A stretch of 64,000 bases of DNA. It comes from an uncultured Alphaproteobacteria bacterium (lineage in GTDB: Bacteria; Pseudomonadota; Alphaproteobacteria; Rhizobiales; Xanthobacteraceae). The notes under the pieces are model-generated. The model was not told the origin of the DNA, searched no databases, and saw only the letters and a list, made by a program, of their open reading frames with translations. The position numbers and the translations under genes are program-made. The stretch covers positions 95,507-159,506 of the forward strand of contig CAWAYC010000018.1 in NCBI GenBank assembly GCA_963786115.1, read 5' to 3'. Of the stretch, positions 20,231-31,130 are shown in pieces. Positions within the stretch are counted from its first letter, which is position 1; every line of letters starts with the position of its first letter.

Positions 20231-20932
20231 ATGACATTGGTCTATCCGGTGCAAAGCCTCGCCGCGCATCCACCCCGGCTGTCGCCGGGCTATCGCAGCA
20301 CGGTCAAGCGTTCGCCCACAAAACCCTTGATCCCGATCCGCCACACACTGTCGGAGCTGACCGGGCCGGTCTACGGCCACGAGACGGTGCGCGAGCACGA
20401 TAACGATCTCACCATCCAGCATAAGGGTGAGCCGCTCGGCGAACGCATCATCGTGCACGGCCATGTGCTCGACGAAGACGGCCGCGGCGTACCCAATACG
20501 CTGGTCGAGCTGTGGCAGGCCAATGCCTGCGGCCGCTACATCCATGTCGTCGACCAGCATCCGGCGCCACTTGATCCAAATTTCACCGGCGCCGGCCGCG
20601 CGCAGACCGACGCCAAGGGCTACTACAAATTCGTCACCATCAAGCCTGGTGCCTACCCCTGGGGCAATCACCCCAACGCATGGCGTCCCGCCCACATCCA
20701 TTTTTCGGTGTTCGGCCATTCCTTCGTCTCGCGGTTGGTCACGCAGATGTACTTCCCGGGCGATCCGCTGTTTCCGTTCGACCCGATCTTCAATTCGGTG
20801 ACGGACGAGAAGGCGCGCAACCGGATGATCTCGAGTTTCGACCTCGAGAACACCCAGCCGGAGTGGGCGCTGTGCTACCGCTTCGACATTGTCCTGCGCG
20901 GGCGGAACGCCACGCCGATGGAGACCAAATAA
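20231..20932 (+). CDS. pcaH: Protocatechuate 3,4-dioxygenase beta subunit
   Basis: WQANACGRY, PGAYPW, WRPAHIHFS iron ligands, TQMYF. Confidence 0.97.
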   Translation: MTLVYPVQSLAAHPPRLSPGYRSTVKRSPTKPLIPIRHTLSELTGPVYGHETVREHDNDLTIQHKGEPLGERIIVHGHVLDEDGRGVPNTLVELWQANACGRYIHVVDQHPAPLDPNFTGAGRAQTDAKGYYKFVTIKPGAYPWGNHPNAWRPAHIHFSVFGHSFVSRLVTQMYFPGDPLFPFDPIFNSVTDEKARNRMISSFDLENTQPEWALCYRFDIVLRGRNATPMETK

Positions 20933-21538
20933 GTGCAGGAAACCTCGACCAAGGGGATCACGCCCTCGCAGACCGTCGGTCCGTATTTCGCCTACGGGCT
21001 GACGCCTACGGGCAAATACGAGTGGAACGACGCTTTCACCAATAACCTCATCACGCCGGATACGTCGGGCGAACGCATCCGCGTCGAAGGGAAAGTGTTC
21101 GATGGTGACGGCGCGGTCGTGCCGGATTGCATGCTGGAGATCTGGCAGGCCGACGCGCAGGGCCGGTTCTCCGATCCGCAGGACAAGCGCGCGCTGCCGA
21201 ACTCGTCGTTCAGGGGATTCGGCCGCTGCGGCACCGACGCCACCGGCGGATATGCCTTCGACACCATCAAGCCCGGTTCAGTGCCCGATCCCGACGGCAA
21301 GCCGCAGGCGCCGCACATCCTGCTCGCGGTGTTTGCGCGCGGCATGCTGCTGCATCTCTATACGCGGATCTATTTCGACGGCGAATCAGCCAATGCCGGC
21401 GATCCCGTGCTGGCGTTGGTGCCGGCCGACCGCCGCGCCAGCCTGGTCGCGACGCGCAAGCCGGGAACCGGCAATACGGTCTATTCGCTCGATATCCACC
21501 TGCAGGGCGAGAACGAGACGGTCTTTTTCGAGGTGTGA
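20933..21538 (+). CDS. pcaG: Protocatechuate 3,4-dioxygenase alpha subunit
   Basis: TPSQTVGPY, EIWQAD, QAPHI, ETVFF; GTG start immediately after pcaH. Confidence 0.97.
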   Translation: MQETSTKGITPSQTVGPYFAYGLTPTGKYEWNDAFTNNLITPDTSGERIRVEGKVFDGDGAVVPDCMLEIWQADAQGRFSDPQDKRALPNSSFRGFGRCGTDATGGYAFDTIKPGSVPDPDGKPQAPHILLAVFARGMLLHLYTRIYFDGESANAGDPVLALVPADRRASLVATRKPGTGNTVYSLDIHLQGENETVFFEV

Positions 21539-21560
21539 GTTCCCGACGCCTCTCTCATTC

Positions 21561-21597
21561 GTCATGCGCGGGCTTGTCCCGGGCATCTTTTTTTTGG
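21561..21597 (+). terminator. Intrinsic terminator formed by a family C REP arm plus T-tract
   Basis: GTCATGCGCGGGCTTGTCCCGGGCATC followed by a run of T downstream of pcaG; the arm matches 46121. Confidence 0.6.
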
Positions 21598-21620
21598 GTC
21601 AAGAGTTGTCAAAAATCCAA

Positions 21621-21660
21621 TTGACATGCCAGATATTTTATATAACAAATATGTTATATA
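21621..21660 (+). promoter_or_regulatory. Promoter (TTGACA) with 9-4-9 palindrome, probable ArsR autoregulatory operator
   Basis: TTGACA at 21621; TATATAACA-aata-TGTTATATA at 21639-21660, just upstream of the ArsR gene. Confidence 0.7.
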
Positions 21661-21673
21661 ACAGATCCGCGAT

Positions 21674-22018
21674 GTGAACATGCAAAACCTCGACGCCGCC
21701 TTTTCCGCGCTCGCCGACCCAACCCGACGATCGATCCTCGCTCGTCTCGCGCTGGGCGAAGCGACCGTCATGGAACTGGTCGAGCCGTTCGAGCTGACGC
21801 AGCCCGCCATTTCCCGCCACCTCAAGGTGCTGGAGGCCGCTGGGCTGATCGTTCGCCGCGTTGAGGGCACGAAGCGGCCGTGCCGGCTGGCACCGGGGGC
21901 GATCGACGAGATCGATCAATGGCTCGCGATGCTGCGGCAGGCGCTCACTGCGAACTACGACCGGCTGGATGAGGTCCTGGCCACCATGAACACCAACAGC
22001 ACCAAGTCCAGCAGCTAG
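21674..22018 (+). CDS. ArsR/SmtB family transcriptional regulator
   Basis: FSALADPTRRSIL, QPAISRHLKVLEAAGLI. Confidence 0.92.
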   Translation: MNMQNLDAAFSALADPTRRSILARLALGEATVMELVEPFELTQPAISRHLKVLEAAGLIVRRVEGTKRPCRLAPGAIDEIDQWLAMLRQALTANYDRLDEVLATMNTNSTKSSS

Positions 22019-22028
22019 GAGGCATCCT

Positions 22029-22508
22029 ATGACCAAGCTGACGCTCAAGACCGAAGGCGACCGACACGTCGTTGTTGTCAGGCGTTTCGCGGCCTCGCCC
22101 GAGGCGGTGTACCGCGCCCATACCGAGCCGCGGCTCGTTCAGAAGTGGCTGCTCGGTCCGGATGGCTGGACGATGCCCGTCTGCATCAACGAGGCGCGCC
22201 CGGGCGGCAAGATCAGATATGAATGGAGCAATGGTGAAGGCGGTGGATTCCATCTGACCGGCGAGTATCTCGAACTGGTCCCGTTCAGCCGGATCGTTCA
22301 CGTGGAGCGGATGCACCTGCCGGATCCAACCCCCGACAACCACGTCGAAACCACGTTCGCGCCTGATGGCACCGGCACCTTGATGACGATGCGAATGACT
22401 TTGCCCGATGCCACGACGCGTGCGGCCATGCTTGCGACCGGGATGGAGCACGGAATGGAGGCTAGCTACGTCCGGCTTGAAGAGCTTGGCAGTTTGGCCC
22501 GGACATGA
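22029..22508 (+). CDS. SRPBCC/AHSA1 domain protein
   Basis: RRFAASPEAVYRAHTEP, KWLLGPDGW, GMEASY; the usual partner of ArsR. Confidence 0.9.
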   Translation: MTKLTLKTEGDRHVVVVRRFAASPEAVYRAHTEPRLVQKWLLGPDGWTMPVCINEARPGGKIRYEWSNGEGGGFHLTGEYLELVPFSRIVHVERMHLPDPTPDNHVETTFAPDGTGTLMTMRMTLPDATTRAAMLATGMEHGMEASYVRLEELGSLART

Positions 22509-22535
22509 GGCGAGGGGACCTCGCGAACGAAACCG

Positions 22536-24089
22536 CTACTCCATCACCGCATGTTCGGCCGGCGCGGCCTGCGCGCGCAGGGCCGCCTTGGTCGAGCCGA
22601 TCATGATGGTTAGCGGGATCGAGGCCAGGATGAACAGCGTCACCAGCTGGTAGTCGTGCGAGAAGGCGATGATCTGCGCCTGCACGGTGACAATGGCGTC
22701 CGCAATGGCACGGCCGGCATTGGTGTTCAGATTGATCATCCCCGCCACATCGGGCATCTGCAGGGCGTGGTTGAACGGATTGATATGCTCCGAAAGGATG
22801 GCGTAGGAGCGCCGTCCTCCTTCCGTCAATTGCGCGATCACGATGGAAATGCCGATCGAGCTCGCGACGTTGCGCAACAGCGTCAGCATCGAGGTGCCGT
22901 CGGTCCGCAGATGGTCTGGCAGAGTTAGGAAGGATACCGTCGACAGCGGCACGAACACCAGCCCGAAGCCAAAGCCCTGGAGGATGCTGATCGTGATGAT
23001 TTCGGGGACACCGGTCCGGTCGGTCCAGCCGGTCATCCAGAACAGCGATGCGCCGGTCAGGGCGAGGCCCGATATGATCAGGGTGCGCGCCTCGATGTGG
23101 CGCATCATGCGACCGACCAGCATCATCGCAACAAAGGTGCCGGAGCCGCGGGTCGCCAGCAGCAGGCCCGCGGTGATGATGGGATAGCCGATCACGTTCT
23201 GCAGAAACGGCGAAGACAGCGCCATGGTGGAGTACAGCACGAGGCCCATCACCGACATGAAGACGCAGCCGCCGACGAAGTTCTTGTCCTTGAACAACGC
23301 GAACTGGATGAACGGCTTTGACGTCGTCAGCGAGTGCGCGAAGAAATAATAGAAGCCAATGGCGGAGATGACGAATTCGGCGATGATTTCGTTGGATTCC
23401 AGCCAGCCGAGCTGCTCGCCGCGATCAAGCGCAATTTGCAGGCTCCCGATGGCGATGGCGAGCGCTCCGAAGCCGAACCAGTCGAAACGCAGGTTAAGGT
23501 TCTGCTTTGTCTCATCCATGAAGATGATCAGGCCGAGCACGGTGATGATTCCGAACGGCAGATTGACGAAGAACACCCAGTGCCAGGAATAGGTTTCGGT
23601 GAGCCAGGCGCCCAATGACGGGCCCATGATCGGGCCCATCATCACGCCCATGCCCCAGATCGACATCGCCTTCGCCCGCTCATGCAGCGCGTAGGAGTCG
23701 AGCATCACGGCCTGCGACAGCGGCACCAGCGCCGCGCCGAACACCCCCTGCAGGAGCCGGAACAGCACCATCTGGCTGATGTCCTGTGCCAGACCGCACA
23801 GCACGGAAGCGATGGTGAAGCCGGCCGAGCAGACGATGAAGGTGCGCTTGCGGCCGAACCGGTTGGCGATCCAGCCGACCGGCGCGGTCATGATGGCGGC
23901 AGCGACGATATAGGACGTCAGCACCCAGTTGATCTGGTCGGTGGAGGCCGACAGCGTGCCCTGCATGTAGGGTAGCGCGACATTGGCGATGGTCGTGTCC
24001 AGCGCCTGCATGATGGTCGCCGTCATGGCGCAGATCGTCACCATGTTCCGGCGCAGGCCGGGAACGGCAGCAGGTGACGGCGCGTTCAT
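22536..24089 (-). CDS. emrB: DHA2 family MFS efflux permease (EmrB-like)
   Basis: LDTTIANVALP, WVLTSY, RLLQG, GPSLGAWL, WVFFVNLP. Confidence 0.92.
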   Translation of the reverse strand: MNAPSPAAVPGLRRNMVTICAMTATIMQALDTTIANVALPYMQGTLSASTDQINWVLTSYIVAAAIMTAPVGWIANRFGRKRTFIVCSAGFTIASVLCGLAQDISQMVLFRLLQGVFGAALVPLSQAVMLDSYALHERAKAMSIWGMGVMMGPIMGPSLGAWLTETYSWHWVFFVNLPFGIITVLGLIIFMDETKQNLNLRFDWFGFGALAIAIGSLQIALDRGEQLGWLESNEIIAEFVISAIGFYYFFAHSLTTSKPFIQFALFKDKNFVGGCVFMSVMGLVLYSTMALSSPFLQNVIGYPIITAGLLLATRGSGTFVAMMLVGRMMRHIEARTLIISGLALTGASLFWMTGWTDRTGVPEIITISILQGFGFGLVFVPLSTVSFLTLPDHLRTDGTSMLTLLRNVASSIGISIVIAQLTEGGRRSYAILSEHINPFNHALQMPDVAGMINLNTNAGRAIADAIVTVQAQIIAFSHDYQLVTLFILASIPLTIMIGSTKAALRAQAAPAEHAVME

Positions 24090-24092
24090 TGA

Positions 24093-25250
24093 CTATTCCT
24101 GGTGCGCTGCAGCAGGCTCGAAGCCGAGCAGGCCGGCCAGCGAGCGGCGGTGGTTGGTGTCGATGGTTGCGTAGACGCTCATGCCCGCCTTCAGCTTGCC
24201 GACGAACTTGTCGTTCTTGTCGAAATAGATCCGCACCGGGACGCGCTGCACCACCTTGACGAAATTCCCGGTGGCGTTCTGCGGCGGCAGGATCGCGAAT
24301 TGTGCGCCGGTGCCGGGCGAGAGCGAGCCGACCGTGCCCTTGAACACGTGGTTCGGGAAGGCGTCGACGTCGAGCGTGACGGGCTGGCCGACCGCCATAT
24401 AGGTGAAATCCGATTCCTTCGGATTGGCGTCGACCCAGGGGTTCGACACGTCGATGACAGAGAATACCGGCGTGCCGGCGGCGACGAAACGACCGAGCTG
24501 GATCTGGTCGACCTGGGTCGCGACACCGGCCATAGGCGCGCGCATCACGGTGTGGTCGAGATTGCGTTCGGCCTCGTCGAGCTTGGCCTTGGCCTGGGCA
24601 TAGGGCGGGAACTGCTCGAGCGGCAGTTCGGTATTGCCGAGCAATTGCGTCTTGGCGTTGGAAAGCTGCTGCTTGATGAACTGTGCCTGGGCGCCGGCGG
24701 TAACCAGTGCAGTCGACGCATTGTCGAGATCGAGTTGCGAGCCGACGTTGTTCTTCACCAGCGACGATTTTCGATCGACGTCGCGCTGCTTCAGGTCGAT
24801 GCCCTGCTGCGCGAGGTCAAGCATCTGGCCGTAGATCTTGATGTTGGCGACGAGATTGTCGTAATTCGTGCGTGCCTGTTCGAGCGCGGCCTTGGCCTGT
24901 GCGACCGCAAGACGGAACGGCACCGGATCGATTTCGAAAAGTACGTCGCCCTGCTTGACCTGCTGGCCTTCCCTGACCACGACCTTATCGATCTTGCCGG
25001 AGATCTCGGGGGTGATCAGCACCTTCTGCGCGCCAACATAGGCATCGTCGGTGCTCACGTAGCGGCCGCCGTTGAGATAGAGCACGACGCCGGCAACGGC
25101 CGCAACCAGCGGCAGCACCACCAGCAACAGGAAGCGGCGATAGTGCCGCATGCCGGCCATCAGGCGGCGGCGCGGCTCGGCGGCCACCTTCGTGCGCGAC
25201 GAAGGTTGGCCTTTCTGTTCGGGCGGAAATTTGAGGACGGGATCAGCCAT
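24093..25250 (-). CDS. emrA: HlyD/EmrA membrane fusion protein
   Basis: STDDAYV, ANPKES, PPQNATGNFVKVVQRVPVRI; start MADPV overlaps the marR stop. Confidence 0.92.
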   Translation of the reverse strand: MADPVLKFPPEQKGQPSSRTKVAAEPRRRLMAGMRHYRRFLLLVVLPLVAAVAGVVLYLNGGRYVSTDDAYVGAQKVLITPEISGKIDKVVVREGQQVKQGDVLFEIDPVPFRLAVAQAKAALEQARTNYDNLVANIKIYGQMLDLAQQGIDLKQRDVDRKSSLVKNNVGSQLDLDNASTALVTAGAQAQFIKQQLSNAKTQLLGNTELPLEQFPPYAQAKAKLDEAERNLDHTVMRAPMAGVATQVDQIQLGRFVAAGTPVFSVIDVSNPWVDANPKESDFTYMAVGQPVTLDVDAFPNHVFKGTVGSLSPGTGAQFAILPPQNATGNFVKVVQRVPVRIYFDKNDKFVGKLKAGMSVYATIDTNHRRSLAGLLGFEPAAAHQE

Positions 25251-25722
25251 AGCGCTGCTCCTTTCGGGGGGGCTCGCCGGCCGGCTTTTGGATGGCATTG
25301 CGAACGTTTTCCTTGATTGATTCCAGTTGGTCGAGCAGGCGGTGCGCATCGGCGGGATTGATGCCTTCGAGCGCGGTGGCGGTAAGTTCGGAGCGGAGAC
25401 CCGCGAGCTTGCCGAGCAGCGGGCGCGCGGCCTTGCGCAGGTAAAGGCGATTGACGCGGCGGTCGGTCTCGTCGCCGCGGCGTTCGATCCAGCCATGGTT
25501 GCAGAGCTTGTCGATCAACCGCGTCAGCGTGATCGGCTGCATTTCCATCTGCTCGGCAAGTTCCGTCTGCTTCAGGCCCTCGTTGCGCTCCACCTTGGCC
25601 AGGACAGCCCATTGGGCGCGGGTAATGCCGTAGCGCGAGGCCTGCTTATCGGCATGGGCGCGCATCAGCCGGTGCAATTCGCCCAGCGTAAACAGGAAGT
25701 TCATATCGACGGAACCGCGCAT
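25243..25722 (-). CDS. MarR family regulator
   Basis: ITRAQWAVL, LTRLIDKL, DRRVNRLYL winged helix. Confidence 0.92.
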   Translation of the reverse strand: MRGSVDMNFLFTLGELHRLMRAHADKQASRYGITRAQWAVLAKVERNEGLKQTELAEQMEMQPITLTRLIDKLCNHGWIERRGDETDRRVNRLYLRKAARPLLGKLAGLRSELTATALEGINPADAHRLLDQLESIKENVRNAIQKPAGEPPRKEQRYG

Positions 25723-25761
25723 GGCTTGCCCCTCGCCCTATAATGGCTTGCCCCGTATTCT

Positions 25762-25791
25762 ATAAGCTTGCGATATAATGAGCAAGCTTAT
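25762..25791. promoter_or_regulatory. 10-10-10 inverted repeat, probable MarR operator
   Basis: ATAAGCTTGC-gatataatga-GCAAGCTTAT upstream of marR, nested inside CCCCGTAT/ATACGGGG. Confidence 0.65.
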
Positions 25792-25898
25792 GAATTCCGC
25801 ATACGGGGTTAACGGGAGCCTGCTCCGCTCTGGGGACATGGCTAGAAATGCAGGTGCCCGGCTTTGGGATCGTCGGCGAAAATGCTACAAATGACACG

Positions 25899-26384
25899 AT
25901 GAGCCTGGCAAAACCCGCCTTTCCCGCGCCGAACCACGATCACGGCCGCTGTACCGCTGATGGCATCGCGCATGCCGAGCAGGTCTGTGCGCGGCGGGCA
26001 CAGAAATTCACGCCGATCCGCCGCCAGGTGCTGGAGGCGCTGTTGTCCAGCCACCGTCCGCTCGGCGCCTATGAGGTGATCGACGAACTCGCCAAATCGA
26101 TGCCGCGGCCGGCACCGATCACCGTGTACCGCGCGCTTGATTTCTTGATGGAGAACGGCCTCGTCCATCGCATCGAAAGCCGCAACGCGTTTCTGGCCTG
26201 CGCGCATGACCATGACGAAACTTCGATGGTCGCGTTCCTGATCTGCGACCGCTGCGGCTCGGTCGGTGAAATTCCCGCGGCGCCCGTGGCGCAAAGCCTC
26301 AATGCTGCGGCGCGGGCGACGGGGTTTGCGCCAAAACTCTCGGTCGTCGAAATCGCCGGCACTTGCGCGCATTGCCAGAAATAA
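25899..26384 (+). CDS. Fur-family regulator (Zur-like)
   Basis: HDHGRC, AYEVID, TVYRALDFL, HRIES, CDRC and CAHC zinc motifs. Confidence 0.88.
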   Translation: MSLAKPAFPAPNHDHGRCTADGIAHAEQVCARRAQKFTPIRRQVLEALLSSHRPLGAYEVIDELAKSMPRPAPITVYRALDFLMENGLVHRIESRNAFLACAHDHDETSMVAFLICDRCGSVGEIPAAPVAQSLNAAARATGFAPKLSVVEIAGTCAHCQK

Positions 26385-26491
26385 TCTAGGGCAATGATCC
26401 ATCTGAGGCGGGGGGCCAGCTTTCCGGACCACGTCCGTCAAATCACGCCGACAATAATCACAACACGGCGCCAAGCCGGCCGCGAGGATCA

Positions 26492-27427
26492 ATGTCCAGC
26501 CAAGTGATTTCCACCGCCGGGCGCGCGCTCACCCCGGGCGCCGTCGCCTTGATGCTGATGCTGTGCATCAGCTGGGGTTTCAATCAGATCGCCGTCAAGC
26601 TGGTGCTGCCGGACGTGCCGCCGATGCTCCAGGCGCTGACCCGCTCCATTGGCGCGCTGCCGGTGCTGTTGATCATCGGGTGGCTGCGCGGAATCAGGTT
26701 CTTCGAGCGCGACGGCACGCTGCGGCCGGGCCTGATCGCAGGCATCATCTTCGGCATCGAGTTCGTGCTGATCTACCGCGGCCTTCTGCTTACCTCGGCC
26801 TCGCGTGCGGTGGTGTTTCTCTACACCGCGCCGTTCTTCGTCGCGCTCGGCTCCTATCTGTTCCTCGGCGAGCGGTTGCGCGCGTCGCAATGGGCCGGCC
26901 TCGGCTTGAGCTTTGCCGGTGTCGCGCTGGCGATCGGCGTTCCCCAGGCCAATGTCGATGCCAACGTCCTGCTCGGCGATCTCCTGATCGTCGCCGGTGG
27001 CGCGCTGTGGGCGGCGACCACATTGCTCGTAAAGGCCACTGCGCTGATCAAGGCCCCCGCCGAAAAAGGCCTCGGCTACCAGGTCGCGATGTCGATTCCG
27101 ATTCTCGGCCTCGCCGCATGGATCTCAGGCGAGCGGATCACCCACGTTCCCAGCGCACTGTCGCTTTCGTTGTTGTCCTACCAGGCGTTCTGGGTGGTCG
27201 GATTGACGTTCACGCTGTGGTTCGCGCTGGTGAAGACCTATTCGGCCAGCAAACTGTCGGCCTTCACGTTCGTCACGCCGCTGTTCGGCGTCGTCGCCAG
27301 CTATTTCATCATGCATGACAAGCTGACTTTGGTCTTCGGCGTCGCCGCGCTGCTGGTGATCGCGGGGCTTTTTCTCGTGAACAAGCCCGATCCGAAGATC
27401 GTGCCGGATCCCAACGTTCCCGCCTAA
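26492..27427 (+). CDS. DMT/EamA family transporter
   Basis: Two EamA halves; WGFNQIAVK, LYTAPFF. Confidence 0.88.
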   Translation: MSSQVISTAGRALTPGAVALMLMLCISWGFNQIAVKLVLPDVPPMLQALTRSIGALPVLLIIGWLRGIRFFERDGTLRPGLIAGIIFGIEFVLIYRGLLLTSASRAVVFLYTAPFFVALGSYLFLGERLRASQWAGLGLSFAGVALAIGVPQANVDANVLLGDLLIVAGGALWAATTLLVKATALIKAPAEKGLGYQVAMSIPILGLAAWISGERITHVPSALSLSLLSYQAFWVVGLTFTLWFALVKTYSASKLSAFTFVTPLFGVVASYFIMHDKLTLVFGVAALLVIAGLFLVNKPDPKIVPDPNVPA

Positions 27428-27438
27428 GGTCTGGTTTA

Positions 27439-27531
27439 TAGCGTTTTCGAGCGAAGTGGATACCGGTTTGCGTGAAGAAAACGCGTCAAAACAAAAATCC
27501 AGAGCTTCGGTTCTGATCCAATCAGAACCGA
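27439..27531 (+). repeat. Family D repeat plus 11-bp hairpin between convergent genes
   Basis: 63-bp match to 1569-1631; TCGGTTCTGAT-cca-ATCAGAACCGA at 27507-27531. Confidence 0.85.
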
Positions 27532-27538
27532 TCTTGGT

Positions 27539-28411
27539 CTAGTCCGTCTCGATCGGGAGCGAGGCATCCCTGGCCCATTCGCCCATCGAGCCATCGTAGA
27601 GGGTGAGGTTGTCGTAGCCGAGCCGGTGCAACTGGAACAGGTCGATGGTGGCGGAGATGCCGCCGCCGCAATAGGCGATCACGCGCTTGTCCTTGGTAAC
27701 GCCTTGCGCGGCGAATTTCGCCTCGGCATCGGGAAGCGGAACGAACGTCTTGGCCTGCGGATCAAGCAACGTCGCTGCCGAAACATTGACGCTACCGGGA
27801 ATGCGGCCAGGACGGCCGTAGCGGCTGGGCTCCAGCCCCTTGTGGAATTGCGGACCGAGCGCGTTGACGACGACGGTATCGCGATCGGTATGGGCCGTCA
27901 GCACGTCGTGCTTTCCGACGAAATATCCCTTTCGCGGCTTTGCGGTAAATTTCGCGGTGGGGTAACCCTTCGCCGGCCCGGCCTCAAGGGCGCGGCCCTC
28001 CGCCTTCCATTTGTCGAAACCGCCGTCGAGCACGCTGGCGTGGAAGCCGAGCGATTTGAACATCCACCAGAACCGCGTCGCCCACATCGCCGTGCCGATC
28101 GAGTAAAGCACCACCCGGCTGTCGGCGCCGATGCCATGGCGGCCGAAAGCGGCCTCGAGTTGCGCGATCTCGGGCATCATGAAGTGAAGTTCGGTATTCT
28201 GGTCGGAGAATTCGCCCTGCAAGTCGAGGAAATCCGCGCCGGGGATATGTCCGGCCTCAAAGGTCTGTCGCCCGGGCACTGCAATATACGGAACGCCGCT
28301 GCCTTCCGGCTGATATTCCAGATAGGTCGTGCAATCGAACAGCCTGAGATCGCGCTGATGCAGCACACTGGCGAGTTCCGCTGTCGTGATAAGCCCGTCG
28401 CGCTCCCGCAT
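27539..28411 (-). CDS. Two-domain rhodanese/sulfurtransferase
   Basis: GHIPGA, VLDGG, GRIPGS, active site YCGGG, LYDGSMGEW; GGAGG SD. Confidence 0.92.
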   Translation of the reverse strand: MRERDGLITTAELASVLHQRDLRLFDCTTYLEYQPEGSGVPYIAVPGRQTFEAGHIPGADFLDLQGEFSDQNTELHFMMPEIAQLEAAFGRHGIGADSRVVLYSIGTAMWATRFWWMFKSLGFHASVLDGGFDKWKAEGRALEAGPAKGYPTAKFTAKPRKGYFVGKHDVLTAHTDRDTVVVNALGPQFHKGLEPSRYGRPGRIPGSVNVSAATLLDPQAKTFVPLPDAEAKFAAQGVTKDKRVIAYCGGGISATIDLFQLHRLGYDNLTLYDGSMGEWARDASLPIETD

Positions 28412-28654
28412 GGCCCGCCTCCCCACATTGTTTTGTTGATGCTACGGCGTTCATCGAGCTCCGAAAAGGAGGCTGGAAACCTCCGATGCCCTTTAATCCC
28501 CCGATTCCGGCCCGATATACCCGTCACGGATAGCCCGGTCCGAAGTCTTGCCTTCGATCCCGGACTTCTACATAAGCATTTGAATTAACTGCAGAAAAAT
28601 TGAACGCCGCCGCCCCCTTGGTGAATGTCACCAAAACCTGATATTCGAGACGCC

Positions 28655-29941
<1,287 letters not shown>

Positions 29942-29957
29942 GGGATTCTCCACTTTT

Positions 29958-30123
29958 CGTCCCCGCGGAAAGCGGGGACCCATAGCCACAAATGCCTGTT
30001 GTTGGAGTTGTTGTGGCCCCAGCTCAGTACGTATGAACATTTGTGATTATAGGTCCCGGCTCAAGGCCGGGACGACGAAAATGGAAATCTCGGCGGATTG
30101 CACTTCGCTTCATCCGGGCTACG
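29958..30123. repeat. Family A REP doublet plus extra hairpin
   Basis: GTCCCCGC..GCGGGGAC and GTCCCGGC..GCCGGGAC hairpins, then CGGAT..ATCCG. Confidence 0.7.
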
Positions 30124-30158
30124 ATGCCCTCAATCAATAATGATTGGGAGCAACGTCC

Positions 30159-31055
30159 ATGAGCTCGCTGTCGGGCAAGCAGGGACCCCGTTATCGGCAC
30201 GTCGCCGACGATACCGAACCCTACGAAACCATCGGCGTCGAGAAGCTCACGCCGATCATCGGCGCGGAAATCTCGGGCGTCGATATCGGCAAGCTCGTGT
30301 CGGATGACACGCGCTCCAATCGCCAGATGGACGAGATCCATCGCGCGCTTGCTGAAAACCTCGTGATCTTCTTCCGCGACCAGCACGTCACGCCGCAACA
30401 GCATCTCACCTTCGGCCGCAAATTCGGCGAGCTGCATATCCATCCCGCCGCGCCGCACGAGGGCGACGATCCGGCGTTGATGAAGATCTACGCCGACAAG
30501 GATTCACCGCGCGCCAACGGCGAAGGCTGGCACACGGACGTGTCCTGCGACCTCGAGCCGCCGATGGGCTCGATCCTCTACATCAAGCAATGCCCGCCAC
30601 GCGGCGGCGACACGCTGTTCGCCAACATGTACGCGGCCTATGAGGCGCTGTCGGACCGCATGAAGGCCTATCTCGATGGGCTGACCGCGCTGCATGACGG
30701 CGAGCAGACCTATCGCGGCCTCTACGCCAATTACGGTGTCGCCGATCGGCCGCAATACCCGCGTGCCGAACATCCCGTGGTACGCACCCATCCGGTAACC
30801 TCCAGGAAGGCGCTCTACGTCAATCGTGGCTTTACCCGCTACATCGTCGGCATCCCGCGCGACGAGAGCGATGCGATGCTCAACTATCTCTACCAGCACG
30901 CCGAGAACCCGCTGTTCCAGTGCCGCTTCCGCTGGACGGAAAATGCCATTGCGTTCTGGGACAACCGCTGCGCCCAACACCGCGCGATGTGGGATTACTG
31001 GCCGCACACGCGCTCGGGCACGCGGGTGACGGTGAAGGGCGAACGACCGGTGTGA
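30159..31055 (+). CDS. TauD/TfdA family Fe(II)/2-oxoglutarate dioxygenase
   Basis: IGAEISG, IFFRDQ, WHTD, GGDTLF, HPVVRTHP, WDNRCAQHRA. Confidence 0.92.
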   Translation: MSSLSGKQGPRYRHVADDTEPYETIGVEKLTPIIGAEISGVDIGKLVSDDTRSNRQMDEIHRALAENLVIFFRDQHVTPQQHLTFGRKFGELHIHPAAPHEGDDPALMKIYADKDSPRANGEGWHTDVSCDLEPPMGSILYIKQCPPRGGDTLFANMYAAYEALSDRMKAYLDGLTALHDGEQTYRGLYANYGVADRPQYPRAEHPVVRTHPVTSRKALYVNRGFTRYIVGIPRDESDAMLNYLYQHAENPLFQCRFRWTENAIAFWDNRCAQHRAMWDYWPHTRSGTRVTVKGERPV

Positions 31056-31130
31056 GCTACCGGCGTTGACGTGTCGTTTCGGCTGCGCCAAGCTTCGTCA
31101 AAACCAATAACAGCATCTGGAGGTCACGCC

